Source: an uncultured archaeon (GTDB lineage: Archaea > Asgardarchaeota > Thorarchaeia > Thorarchaeales > Thorarchaeaceae). From it: a stretch of 64,000 nucleotides of DNA. Position numbers and translations under genes: made by a program. Below, piece by piece: positions 28,834 to 38,997 of this stretch. How positions within the stretch are numbered: the stretch's first letter is position 1; each line of letters opens with the position of its first letter. The DNA is taken from NCBI GenBank assembly GCA_964473825.1, contig CAYYQL010000010.1, forward strand, positions 14,692 through 78,691, in the 5' to 3' direction. Below the pieces are notes generated by a model. It ran no database searches and was not told the origin of the DNA. It worked only from the letters and a program-made list of their open reading frames with translations.

Positions 28834-30027
28834 TGTTCGGAGTTCATCCCTTTTCCCATCGAGCCTTTTTTCGAGCCTCTCCAGACGCGCTTCAAGTTTC
28901 TTGGATTGCTCCTCGTAGGTTTCTCTGGATATGGCTCCCGATTCATGTCTCTGAGCGACGTGATCTCGAAGCTGTGTCACCGACTTGACTTCTTTCTCAA
29001 GGGCCGATATATCCCCCTCTAGATCAGCCACGATGTTCTCCTCTTCTGTCTTGAATTGTTTCGCAGGAATGATGAGACCGAGCTGATCTTGTGTCTTCTC
29101 TGCAAAGCTCTGGAATTGTTCCCGAAGGCGCGCGATGCTGGTGTCAGTGCCATCTATCTTCTCTTCGAGCCCTCTGATGTCTTTCTGGAGGTCGAAGACC
29201 GCATTGACCAGTCTCTTCATGGTCTTGTCTAGCTCTCCCTGAACGACCTCAGCAGTTTCTGAGTCCTCTCCCGCTTCGGTGGAACCAGATCTCTTCTCTT
29301 TCTCCTTCATCAGTCGTTCATCTCCACAGAGCCATCTGAATGCACTAAGCGCGAATTTTCTATTTCCGTCGCCCTTCATCCCTCCTCCTCGTCTGAACAC
29401 CTCATAGCTGCCCACGCAGACTACTCTGCCCTTCCCCTTCTCTGCAACTGCAATCACAGGTTGAGCTGGGGGATCTGCGGTAGCCGATGTAGTTCCCACA
29501 ACTTTGGCCTTCCCTGATGTTTTCAATGTGCAGGCTGATGGAAGCAATAGACTGTCAACTCCCTCGGTAATGGGGTGGCCCTCAAAATCGGCAATGATTG
29601 GCATTGTGGGTAAGCCTGCATTCATTCGTTCATCTTTGACTGCTGTATTCTCGAACGTGATTCCAAAATTCTCCGAAAGCCTACTCAAGTTGTTCATGAG
29701 TCCCTTATCTCCGCCAGAGAGAGCCAGTAACATGAGACCCCCGCCGCCTTCGACATACGCCTTGAGCGCACCAATCTCATTGGCCCGTAGTTTCGAGCTG
29801 TTGGGGCAGCCAAAGACTATAGCGTCAGCATTCTCTATCTTGTTCTTGAGAATCATGAACTCAGTGTAGGCTTCCACATCATAGTCGTTGTCCTCCAGGA
29901 GGTGTGCCAACTCAGAGTAAGTTGAATCGATTTTCCCTCTTTCATTCTGCGTTTGGTCGAAAAATACTTGCTTTCTTCGGCTCACTGAAGGCCCACCTGA
30001 TGCAATCGTCGATTCATGGTGTGTCAA
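28822..30027 (-). CDS. GIFT (GldG/IFT52-like, GATase-like fold) domain plus coiled coil and C-terminal helical hairpin
   Basis: VFFDQ..E, AIVFGCP, EIGALKAYVEGGGGLML, NFGITF, HPITEGV, GKGRVV, N...AFRWL. Start may be the GTG at 29985. Confidence 0.75.
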   Translation of the reverse strand: MTHHESTIASGGPSVSRRKQVFFDQTQNERGKIDSTYSELAHLLEDNDYDVEAYTEFMILKNKIENADAIVFGCPNSSKLRANEIGALKAYVEGGGGLMLLALSGGDKGLMNNLSRLSENFGITFENTAVKDERMNAGLPTMPIIADFEGHPITEGVDSLLLPSACTLKTSGKAKVVGTTSATADPPAQPVIAVAEKGKGRVVCVGSYEVFRRGGGMKGDGNRKFALSAFRWLCGDERLMKEKEKRSGSTEAGEDSETAEVVQGELDKTMKRLVNAVFDLQKDIRGLEEKIDGTDTSIARLREQFQSFAEKTQDQLGLIIPAKQFKTEEENIVADLEGDISALEKEVKSVTQLRDHVAQRHESGAISRETYEEQSKKLEARLERLEKRLDGKRDELRTLTT

Positions 30028-30099
30028 ATGATTAATGAGACTTCCGCAGATATTATCGAGGCGCAGTCTTTATGTTGAGTCCATGATATTCAAGAGCCC

Positions 30100-30528
30100 A
30101 TGAACAACTCTGAAGATTGTATATTCTGCAAGATAGTTAGAGGAGAGATTCCCTCTTCTAAGATATTCGAGGATGAAATCTGCATGGCTTTCATGGATGT
30201 GTTCCCCGTTAGAGAGGGACACTCTCTGTTGATACCCAAGGAGCATTATCAAAACCTTCTTGATGTTGAAAAAGACGTAGCGGCTCACCTAGCCAGAAGA
30301 CTGGTGGATTTGACACGTAAGGTGAACAAGGTGATAGAACCGGATGGGATTCTGACTTCTGCCGCGAACGGGAAAGGCGCAGGTCAGGAGATACCCCATC
30401 TCCACTTCCACGTGATTCCCCGTAATCACGGCGATGATTTTGGATTCCGTTTCCCTGAGGGCTACAGAAGCGAGATGGCTGATCGTGATCGCCTTGATAA
30501 AATCGCGTCAGAGATCAATAAGGCCTAG
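30100..30528 (+). CDS. HIT family hydrolase
   Basis: DCIFCKI, GHSLLIPKEH, HLHFHVIPR. Confidence 0.95.
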   Translation: MNNSEDCIFCKIVRGEIPSSKIFEDEICMAFMDVFPVREGHSLLIPKEHYQNLLDVEKDVAAHLARRLVDLTRKVNKVIEPDGILTSAANGKGAGQEIPHLHFHVIPRNHGDDFGFRFPEGYRSEMADRDRLDKIASEINKA

Positions 30529-30550
30529 ACGCCCAGCCTTGACATAGGTC

Positions 30551-30985
30551 TTAGATATCCAGAAGATTGAGTCCTGTCGCCTTGTCCTTGTCTCGGTAGA
30601 TGTCCCCCTCTAGTTCAATAATAACAACTTCAATCGTGACCGAGACCACACATCCTTTCATGAGGTGGCCCCCATGACACTTGCCTTGCTCGTCCGCCAC
30701 CACCATATGTGCGTGTACTGCCACTTCATCATTTCTTAATCGCGCGATGTTTCCAACGCAAGAGACAACCTCTAGGTCTTCATCGATTGAGAAATCCCGA
30801 TACTCACCGGTGTGTCTGTCGAAGTAGCCTAGTGTTGCTTGTTTGATGGCTCCTATCAGGCTTATCTGTCCGCTTCTAATCCCATGTTCATCTGCCAATG
30901 CCTCAATGGATTCGAGGATGTCCTCTCCGGGCATAAGGCGTGCGACTATTGTCCTTGCAGAATCTGTAACAGTTGATTTGACCAT
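30551..30985 (-). CDS. PPC/DUF296 domain protein
   Basis: RLMPGEDI, EVVSCVGNI, HAH, GGHL. Confidence 0.9.
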   Translation of the reverse strand: MVKSTVTDSARTIVARLMPGEDILESIEALADEHGIRSGQISLIGAIKQATLGYFDRHTGEYRDFSIDEDLEVVSCVGNIARLRNDEVAVHAHMVVADEQGKCHGGHLMKGCVVSVTIEVVIIELEGDIYRDKDKATGLNLLDI

Positions 30986-31034
30986 ATGACCACTACCTCA
31001 TTCCTTGTCTTCTTGTCCTCTCTCAGGATAGGAA

Positions 31035-33902
31035 GTGCTTATCAAGGCTACCTCCTCCACGAAAGACAGTGGGGTCTCATTTCGAATGACCGAAGACAAT
31101 CAGCCTTCTCTTGAAGACTACATGAGCTCTTCAGAACCTGAGAGTCAAGATAGGACAAGCCCTACAACTCGCGCAGGAAAAGACATACCTGCTCAGTCTG
31201 AGACCACCTCTGCAGCGGGGCGGTCCACAAGATCTCGTGCAACAATAGTCGACCTAGAGGACAGCCTCGAAGAAGAAGGTGTTGTTGATGAAGAGGAGTC
31301 TGCGGGGGAGTACGTCATTGGTGAACGTGATGTGCCACAAAATCTTCCCCCCTCCTTTTTACTATCAGTGGACTATGATGGACAGAAGGCGAAGGCCATT
31401 GCGCGGCTCTATCGCCCGGAAACGAAGGAGTTGTTCTTCTGGTTCGATGACACAGGTCACAAACCCTACTGCCTGACAGATTTTCCGCCGCAAGTTGCCC
31501 GGCAGAAAGCAGGAAGACACCCCGGCTTCTCTCAAACCGAAACGGTCGAGCTTCGGGACTTGCTTAGAGACAAGGAAGTTACTATGACCAAGGTTCTTGC
31601 AGAAGATCCTCTAAGCATCGGTGGTCGCCAAGGATCAATCAGGGAGTTGCTCAGCGAGAGAGTATCAACTGGTGACCCTTCCAATCCTTATGAGGAAGTG
31701 AGTCACGCTTGGGAGGCCAACATAAGATATCGCAATACGTACACCTACGACCGAGAGATTGTAGCCGGGCTGATGTACAAGGTTGAAGATGGACACCTCG
31801 TTCCATGTCCTCCAAAGCTGGACAAAGAAACGCTTGATGAGTTCAAAGAAACCCTCGATCCAGATGAAGGACTAGACCGAATAATCTCTACTTATGCGCC
31901 TATGTTCTTCACAGAGGTTCCGGATGTGAAACGGCTTGCCTTAGACATCGAGGTATACTCACCCGTGAAGAATCGTATTCCTGATGCGTCTACGGCTCCG
32001 TATCCTGTCACTGCAGTTGGGCTATCAGACAATGACGGCTTCAACAAGTGCTTTGTTCTTGAGCGGAAAGGTCAGGAGATGGGCCAGAAGACATCTGATT
32101 ATCCTGAAGAACTGGAACTCGTCTTCTATACAGATGAGAGAGAGATGATTCTTGAGGTCTTCAAACTAGTTGACCAGTATCCCATCGTTCTCACCTTTGT
32201 TGGAGATGCATTCGACCTGAACTATCTCTATCATCGTGCCAAGAAGATTGGTATAGATATCCAGACACAGTGTCCAATATACTTGGGTCGTGAGGTTGCG
32301 CTTCTCAAGAGAGGTATTCACGTTGACCTTTACCGGTTTCTGAAGAACCCCTCTGTGCGAATCTATGCTCTCTCGGGGGCATATGAACGAAACAATCTGG
32401 AATCCATCGCTCAGGGGATACTGGGAATTGGAAAGCTTGAATTGAGTACTGAGATTTCCGACTTACCCTATTACGAACTAGCACACTATTGCTGGCTCGA
32501 TGCCAATATCACACTCCGAATTACAACTTTCAAGAACAACCTGCTCTTTCGCCTCATTGTGCTGCTCATGCGTATCTCACGACTCTCTATGGAGGATGTG
32601 ACCCGACAGGGAATATCTTCATGGATTCAATCCCTGTTCAGACAGGAGCATCGGTCACGAAAGGCACTCATTCCCAAGCGTGACGACATCGAGTCGATGA
32701 AACCGTCTGAGGCTCATACTGAGGCGATGATAAAAGACAAGAGCTTCAAGGGTGCCATCGTGATTGAACCAGTTGCTGGTGTTCATTTCAATGCCACAGT
32801 TCTGGACTTTGCAAGTCTGTATCCCACCATCATGAAGCGGCACAACATAAGCTATGAGACCGTTGACTGCCCACACGAGAGCTGCCGGACTGCAACCGAT
32901 AATCGTGTGCCTGAAACCGATCACTGGACTTGCAAGAAACGCACTGGGATGATCAGCGAAACGATAGGTTTCTTCAGAGATACCAGAGTGCGCTGGTTCA
33001 AGAGGAAGAGCAAGGACGGCTCCTTGGATGAGAGAACACGGGACTGGTACTCAGTTGTGGAGAAAGCACTAAAGGTCTTCGTCAACGCGGCCTACGGGGT
33101 CACAGGGGCTCAGCATTTCGAGCTCTTCTGTATGCCCGCTGCCGAGAGCGTGACAGCATATGGGCGACACGCAATCATCAGAACGAAAGAGAAAGCAGAG
33201 TCCATGGGTGTTCGGGTTCTCTATGGCGACACCGACTCTGTGTTTCTGGACAATCCGACCCTTGAACAACAAGCTGAGCTTGTCAAATGGTCCCAAGATG
33301 AACTGGGTATAGACCTCGAGGTGGAGAAGACCTACAAATATGTTGCACTCTCCGATCGAAAGAAGAACTACATCGGCGTCTATGACTCGGGTTATGTTGA
33401 AGTCAAGGGTCTCAGTGGAAAGAAACGTAACACTCCCGACTTTGTGCAAGACGCCTTCAGAGAGATGCTCGATGTTTTGAGCCGTGTTGACAACAGAGAG
33501 GGATTCAAAGCAGCAAAAGACGAGATTCGTGAGATCGTCAATGTTGTTCTTGATAGGCTTGAAGGGAAGACTGAACCGTATAGTCCCGAAGACCTAGCCT
33601 TCCGGGTTCAGATGACCAAGGAGATAGCACAATATGGTAAGACGACACCACAGCATGTCCGTGCTGCAATCCAGCTTCGTGATGCAGGCTATGAGGTACC
33701 GTCGGGAACTATTGTTGAATATATTAAGACTAAAGGTCCCGAGGGCGTCCTTCCCGTTGAATTGGCCGAGGAGGGGACCTATTTCATTGACAAGGACAAG
33801 TACATCGACACTCTGAGGTCAGTATTCGGTCAGGTTTTGGATTCTGTTGGTATCGACTTCGAGGAACTCATGGGATTCACCACACTTGACCAGTTCTTTT
33901 AG
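31035..33902 (+). CDS. polB: Family B DNA polymerase (B1-like), no intein
   Basis: Exonuclease DIE, FDLNYL, YCWLD; polymerase DFASLYP, KVFVNAAYG, YGDTDS, KKNY. Start may be ATG 31086. Confidence 0.95.
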   Translation: MLIKATSSTKDSGVSFRMTEDNQPSLEDYMSSSEPESQDRTSPTTRAGKDIPAQSETTSAAGRSTRSRATIVDLEDSLEEEGVVDEEESAGEYVIGERDVPQNLPPSFLLSVDYDGQKAKAIARLYRPETKELFFWFDDTGHKPYCLTDFPPQVARQKAGRHPGFSQTETVELRDLLRDKEVTMTKVLAEDPLSIGGRQGSIRELLSERVSTGDPSNPYEEVSHAWEANIRYRNTYTYDREIVAGLMYKVEDGHLVPCPPKLDKETLDEFKETLDPDEGLDRIISTYAPMFFTEVPDVKRLALDIEVYSPVKNRIPDASTAPYPVTAVGLSDNDGFNKCFVLERKGQEMGQKTSDYPEELELVFYTDEREMILEVFKLVDQYPIVLTFVGDAFDLNYLYHRAKKIGIDIQTQCPIYLGREVALLKRGIHVDLYRFLKNPSVRIYALSGAYERNNLESIAQGILGIGKLELSTEISDLPYYELAHYCWLDANITLRITTFKNNLLFRLIVLLMRISRLSMEDVTRQGISSWIQSLFRQEHRSRKALIPKRDDIESMKPSEAHTEAMIKDKSFKGAIVIEPVAGVHFNATVLDFASLYPTIMKRHNISYETVDCPHESCRTATDNRVPETDHWTCKKRTGMISETIGFFRDTRVRWFKRKSKDGSLDERTRDWYSVVEKALKVFVNAAYGVTGAQHFELFCMPAAESVTAYGRHAIIRTKEKAESMGVRVLYGDTDSVFLDNPTLEQQAELVKWSQDELGIDLEVEKTYKYVALSDRKKNYIGVYDSGYVEVKGLSGKKRNTPDFVQDAFREMLDVLSRVDNREGFKAAKDEIREIVNVVLDRLEGKTEPYSPEDLAFRVQMTKEIAQYGKTTPQHVRAAIQLRDAGYEVPSGTIVEYIKTKGPEGVLPVELAEEGTYFIDKDKYIDTLRSVFGQVLDSVGIDFEELMGFTTLDQFF

Positions 33903-34004
33903 CCTTCTTGAGCCTCTCTTTCTCGAACTAGTCCGACTAAGAAATTCTTATAGCCCACTCCAGACCTTGTGACAATCTGAGCCATAACCGAATGTGATAT
34001 TCCG

Positions 34005-35057
34005 GTGCCCGGGGATTCAAAGATGAAGATGAACTACAGAGAATTCTTGATGAGTGATTTGCTCGTCGTGTTTCGACCTGAAGATGTAGAGATGGAAGCC
34101 AAGGAGTTCATGTCCACGTTCGCCTCTTATATGCAGGGAGCGGGGCTTGTGGGCAAGCGCCCAGATGGACATACGATATATCCAAGTAGGACTGCACCCG
34201 TCGATGAGGAGCATTCCAAGTTCTTCGACGACTGGGTCACTCTTGCGGATGCTCTCGAACTGAATTCCGCTTTGAGCATGGACTTCTACACAGATGCTTG
34301 GTTCGGTCGTGACCCGAAATATCAGACTGTCAATGCACGGGGGAACGCAATGAGCCACCAGATTTGCCCTAACCGGGAGGAGTTCTGGCAGTATGGCGCA
34401 GAGATTGTGAAGGAGATGGGATCATATCCAATCAATGAGGTTCTCTTATTCGGCACCGGTTTCATTAGAGACCAGTTCTGCTTCTGTGACCGCTGCAGGA
34501 AAGAATTTGCGCCCATGGTAAATCAGGAACCTGAGCGTCTGAGCTATCAGTATATCATTGAGAATCCTGACTATCACAAGAAGTGGCACAGCTGGAGAAC
34601 AGACAAAGTAATGCAGGGCGTCATATACTTGCAGGACGCTGCAAGAGATGCCGATGAGATGGTTGGAAGAGAGAACCCCCTGAGGATTACCGTTGAGATT
34701 CTGATGGATCCTGAAACCGGACTTGCAGAAGGAGGGAAGAACGAGTATGGCTATGACTATTCGCGAATCAACGAGATTACGGGTAACCTGCTAATCAACC
34801 TCTATCCTTGGTCACCACTTCTTCCCGGCAAAGGGAGTAAGGAGTACTCGGAGCTCGTTGAGTCTTTGTATTTCGTTAAAGAGTTCGAGCGCCGCGGAGG
34901 ACATGTCTCACTATTCCGATGGGGAGTCACTGAGATGGGCCAGGTGCGGGAGATGAAGGCAATTGCGCAAGATGCAGGTATTAGCCGACTCATTACAAGC
35001 TTCCACTATCCGGCGGATTACTCAGCACGTCGTGAAGCTGCAATAGGCAACTATTGA
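34005..35057 (+). CDS. Glycoside-hydrolase-like TIM barrel protein with Cys cluster
   Basis: ICPN, FCFCDRCRKEF, WHSWR pattern seen in GH42/GHL-like proteins. Confidence 0.55.
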   Translation: MPGDSKMKMNYREFLMSDLLVVFRPEDVEMEAKEFMSTFASYMQGAGLVGKRPDGHTIYPSRTAPVDEEHSKFFDDWVTLADALELNSALSMDFYTDAWFGRDPKYQTVNARGNAMSHQICPNREEFWQYGAEIVKEMGSYPINEVLLFGTGFIRDQFCFCDRCRKEFAPMVNQEPERLSYQYIIENPDYHKKWHSWRTDKVMQGVIYLQDAARDADEMVGRENPLRITVEILMDPETGLAEGGKNEYGYDYSRINEITGNLLINLYPWSPLLPGKGSKEYSELVESLYFVKEFERRGGHVSLFRWGVTEMGQVREMKAIAQDAGISRLITSFHYPADYSARREAAIGNY

Positions 35058-35929
35058 GAAGCTCCGCAGTATGGGCATCTCCCTGTCCCCCTCTCTATGG
35101 TTCGCCCGCAAGAGAAACAGAAAGAGGGTCGTGATTGTTCACCCTCCATTTCCTCGTTGAATGGGCTCAACTCACCTTGGGTAAATAGTGCTCCTAACCC
35201 CTCAACTGATTCATCGGTGTTCAGGTTGCAGCCACCGAATGAGCCACTCCCACTTCTTCCATGATCCTTGAATCGGCGTCTATCCAAAGGAACCTCTTTG
35301 AATGGTTCTCTTTCTCGACTAGGGTGCCTGGATGCTGCTCGTGCTGATTCTTGCCTATCCCGCCCATCGCGATAATGACTCTCACTTGATGACTCTCTCC
35401 GGTCGCGGTCTTGAAGTGCGCGGTCCAGAGTATCGAAATCGCGCCTGTAATCATCGGAGCCAAATCCTGTGTCGATGGCTGGTCTATTCACCGAACGCCC
35501 GTTAACGTCATAATTCCACTGACTGCCTGTCGGACTGAATCCTTTTGATGCGTCCATGAACATGGAGTGGGAACCACTCTTCAGCTGCTCGTAATCCTCC
35601 TTGGTCAGGCTTAGCACCTCAAGAGCGCGATCCCGCTCTGCACAACGTTTTGAGAGGGGACAACAATATGCTAGGCTTCCATGACATAGCGATGCCATGG
35701 CCCTCTCTTGGCTTGACTTAAAAATAGGCGTTATTCTCTTTCTTCCAAGGACAAGCGAGTCGCCGTTTGCCCTGAGTTCGGCGTATCCACTTTGGGCTAG
35801 AGCCTCCACAAGCTCTCTTGCAGGATAGGCTTTTCCCTCGATTACTACGAATCCTTCTGTCCTATCGAGTCTAACTGGTCGTTCACTGTCTCGCTCTTCG
35901 CGGTAGGAATCGTATTTCGTAATGGCCAC
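35051..35929 (-). CDS. Hypothetical protein: methanogenesis-marker-9-like Cys motif, charged linker, C-terminal zinc ribbon
   Basis: CHGSLAYCCPLSKRCAERD...YEQLK; CFSC...CPYCG. Confidence 0.65.
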   Translation of the reverse strand: MAITKYDSYREERDSERPVRLDRTEGFVVIEGKAYPARELVEALAQSGYAELRANGDSLVLGRKRITPIFKSSQERAMASLCHGSLAYCCPLSKRCAERDRALEVLSLTKEDYEQLKSGSHSMFMDASKGFSPTGSQWNYDVNGRSVNRPAIDTGFGSDDYRRDFDTLDRALQDRDRRESSSESHYRDGRDRQESARAASRHPSREREPFKEVPLDRRRFKDHGRSGSGSFGGCNLNTDESVEGLGALFTQGELSPFNEEMEGEQSRPSFCFSCGRTIERGTGRCPYCGASQ

Positions 35930-36092
35930 CTCAGAGTGAAATGCAGATGAAACCAGGCATTATGGAAATACAACTCCGAGTATTACGCCAGTAATTCTCA
36001 CGTGATGGGGCCTGGGCAGACAAGACTTTCGCAAACTATATCTTCTGTAACTCCAATCTACTTGATATCCGGTCAATTAGGAGAGATAGAAA

Positions 36093-36476
36093 ATGGGTGC
36101 GAAAGCTGAAGGTGCTGCACAAGGATATACTCTACTAGGAGCAATAGTGCTTGTTGTATTTGCTTTACTCCAGCTGCTGATTCCAGGAGTCAACGCGGCT
36201 CTGGGTGGTAGTTTCGATGGGGTCATCAATACTGTTCTTGGTATTCTTTTACTGCTTATGGCATTGCTGGGAATAGACGCATGTGGATTCATCTACTGGA
36301 AAATCAGACGGAGCGGAGCTCTACTTGCTCTCTTTGGATTCCTCTCCATTGTCATAGTTGGCAGAGGGCTTAATTTTGACATCTTGTCTTGGCTTCAGAA
36401 TATCGGCATGCTAGCAGGCCTCATGTTCCTCATCGCAGGTCTTCTTATAATGACGAGAAGCAGTCCGCGTGGGTGA
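36093..36476 (+). CDS. Small Gly-rich four-TM membrane protein
   Basis: 127 aa, four hydrophobic segments, AGGAG RBS. Confidence 0.75.
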   Translation: MGAKAEGAAQGYTLLGAIVLVVFALLQLLIPGVNAALGGSFDGVINTVLGILLLLMALLGIDACGFIYWKIRRSGALLALFGFLSIVIVGRGLNFDILSWLQNIGMLAGLMFLIAGLLIMTRSSPRG

Positions 36477-36859
36477 TTCCGGTTAACAGCTCAGAGGAAG
36501 ATGCTCTTCGCATCGGTGAAGTCATGGTTCTGACGGGGGGAGGCATTGACCTAGTAATCGGTGCGCTCTTCTTCCTCAATTTCGGGGTATTCGTCAGCTT
36601 CGGTATTCCATATGTCGATCTGAGCGTAATCTTTCTCGGTCTGGGATCCATCCTGCAGGGCTTGGTCCTCGTGATTCTCTCTGCGCTTGTTCTCTGGACA
36701 CGAGGCAGCATCCACCTGGATTTCATCCGATCGACCAGAGCTTGGCAGTTTCTTCTTATCATTGGCCTCATAATGATGCTCTTTGGTGGTCACATCGGCG
36801 CAATACTCATAGTTCTCGGAGCGGTTCTGCAGAGTCGTATCTATCATCCGCCTGAATAG
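36473..36859 (+). CDS. Small Gly-rich four-TM membrane protein (paralog of 38456..38791)
   Basis: GTG overlaps the previous TGA; IGEVMVLTGG...FGGHIGAILIVLGAVL. Confidence 0.75.
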   Translation: MIPVNSSEEDALRIGEVMVLTGGGIDLVIGALFFLNFGVFVSFGIPYVDLSVIFLGLGSILQGLVLVILSALVLWTRGSIHLDFIRSTRAWQFLLIIGLIMMLFGGHIGAILIVLGAVLQSRIYHPPE

Positions 36860-36986
36860 ACTGTACACTGTCCGATTCAAATGGATCACCGTCTGTAGGC
36901 TATAGGGTTGTTTAGGTGGCCGGCATAGCAAATTAGATAACACAGGTTCTATCTGGCAGCGCGTGTCGATTCCGTGGATTGTGTAG

Positions 36987-38342
36987 ATGATGGACGAAAA
37001 GGACTTCGATCTTTTGGAAGAATTGGGCTTCAGGGATATTGGTCCAGATAAGATGACGAATGATTACTGGAAGAAACGTGGTGCCGATACTCTGGCAATC
37101 ACTACTCAAGCACGTGACATATACGGATGTCTGGATCATACTAGGGGTGAGGGGCTGGATCTCTATGACATAGAGGGCACAAAGTACCTTGACATGACCG
37201 GCGGGGTGGCGGTTCGTGCACTTGGCCTCCGGTACAAGCCCTTCATGGATTTCGAGATACGGGTCAACGATGTCATCAAGGAACTGCCAGGTATGGACTT
37301 TGATGCCATCCCTCAGACTCTATTGGCCGAGAAGATTATCTCATTAATCGCTGGTAATGGCAGGAGACGGGTGACGTTCACAACATCTGGCAGCCGGGCC
37401 GTAGAGGGCTGTATGAAGTCGGCCATGGACTTGAGTAACAAGAACCGGTTCATTGGGTTTCGCCCCGCTTTTCATGGACGAACTGGATACGCGCTCGCCG
37501 TTACAGCATCCAATTCCAAGCACAAAGTAGGCTATCCTCAGGGGGTCGACGTGATTCGTGTATTCTACCCTTACTGCTATCGTTGCCCCTATGGACAGAA
37601 TGTTGAGGACTGCAACATCGAATGTGTGGAGGCTCTGCGCTACGCCCTCCAAGTTGAGGGTAATGACATTGCAGCGACAGTAATGGAGCCATTATGTGGT
37701 GAGGGTGGGTTGATTGTACCACCGAAGAAGGCAGTACAGGGCATCCATGAGGTCACAAAAGACATTGGTGCATACTTGATATCGGATGAGGTACAGGCCG
37801 GAATGGGTCGAACAGGGAAATGGTGTGCCATTGAGCACTTCGACATAACGCCCGACTACGTGGCACTTGCGAAGGCATTGGGCGGTGGCTATCCTCTAGG
37901 TGCCTCTATTGGCCCAGCTCCTATGTTCACAGGACCTGCTCGTCACTCTGAGACCTTCTCTGCTGAACCGAAGATGTCTCTCATCGCGCTGTGGCATCTG
38001 AAACACATAGAAGATGGAGGATATCTCGAGAGAAATGTTGAGATGGGCAACTACCTAATGCAACGCCTGAACGAACTGAAGGAGAAACATGAAGTCATTG
38101 GCGATGTTCGAGGGATGGGCCTTATGGTAGGAATCGAGCTTGTCAAAGATCCGAAGACGAAGGAGAAGGCCATTGATTATCGAAATAGGCTGGTGAAGAA
38201 TCTGGTCCAGAAACAGAAGCTATGGGTTCTCGGTTCGGGCCAGAACTGTATTCGATTCACTCCGAGCTACGTAATAACGAAAGAGCAGATTGATGACATG
38301 GCAGAACGCCTTGACAACGCTCTCTCAACAACTGATCTTTGA
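36987..38342 (+). CDS. Class III PLP aminotransferase (GABA/ornithine aminotransferase-like)
   Basis: YLDMTGG, FHGRT, EPLCGEGG, DEVQAGMGRTG, AKALGGG, DVRGMGLM. Confidence 0.95.
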   Translation: MMDEKDFDLLEELGFRDIGPDKMTNDYWKKRGADTLAITTQARDIYGCLDHTRGEGLDLYDIEGTKYLDMTGGVAVRALGLRYKPFMDFEIRVNDVIKELPGMDFDAIPQTLLAEKIISLIAGNGRRRVTFTTSGSRAVEGCMKSAMDLSNKNRFIGFRPAFHGRTGYALAVTASNSKHKVGYPQGVDVIRVFYPYCYRCPYGQNVEDCNIECVEALRYALQVEGNDIAATVMEPLCGEGGLIVPPKKAVQGIHEVTKDIGAYLISDEVQAGMGRTGKWCAIEHFDITPDYVALAKALGGGYPLGASIGPAPMFTGPARHSETFSAEPKMSLIALWHLKHIEDGGYLERNVEMGNYLMQRLNELKEKHEVIGDVRGMGLMVGIELVKDPKTKEKAIDYRNRLVKNLVQKQKLWVLGSGQNCIRFTPSYVITKEQIDDMAERLDNALSTTDL

Positions 38343-38400
38343 AAGGAGAAGACCTTCGACGGTTAGCTAGAACTCCTATCTGACCCCGAGGGACATGGAA

Positions 38401-38445
38401 AAAGAAAGAGTGTCCATACCATAAGCATATCTCAATGGTATGGAC
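38401..38445 (-). terminator. Hairpin between convergent genes with T-tract on minus strand
   Basis: GTCCATACCAT (38412-38422) / ATGGTATGGAC (38435-38445) perfect stem, preceded on + by an A-rich run. Confidence 0.6.
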
Positions 38446-38455
38446 CAGTACTTCT

Positions 38456-38791
38456 CTATAGCAGCATCAGGATGGCGCCAACAATCACTAGGATTCCTGG
38501 CAGACCGCCTCCGAAGACGTAGAGGAGGATTCCCAGAATCAACATGATTATCCAATTCTTCTCCAACTTCAGAGCAGGTATGTTGATCACTCCACTTGTT
38601 GTCAAGACAACAAGAGAGAGTATGATGAGGATTATTCCGGTGATCAGACCACCAAGAAGACCCCCTATACCCAGACCTGGAAGGAGAGCAAAACCCATTC
38701 CCAATATCTGCAGAATCCCATATAGCAGACCAAGGAGTCCGCCTATGAGGCACAACAGCTCACCAATCTTCGTAGTTTGACTCTTTACCAT
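38456..38791 (-). CDS. Small Gly-rich four-TM membrane protein
   Basis: ATG 38791 after GGAGTGA; IGELLCLIGG...FGGGLPGILVIVGAIL. Confidence 0.8.
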   Translation of the reverse strand: MVKSQTTKIGELLCLIGGLLGLLYGILQILGMGFALLPGLGIGGLLGGLITGIILIILSLVVLTTSGVINIPALKLEKNWIIMLILGILLYVFGGGLPGILVIVGAILMLL

Positions 38792-38997
38792 TATATTCAC
38801 TCCGCTCTCGAGAGCATAGTTATTGAAGGGCGCTAGGATATAACTATAATGCACTCTTTTGAATGCAGATTTAGACAATTGCCGTATTTGCAAGAGTTGT
38901 TCTGTGGGATGTAACCTTCGATTCCATCCATAGTGCGGCTAGATTAATAACTGCGTGCAGTTATTTGGCCTCTGTCTACCACGGAGATTGACATTCA

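Noticed and set aside
31035-33902. Intein or inactivation in PolB
   Set aside because: Length is explained by an acidic N-terminal extension; catalytic motifs are contiguous and intact.
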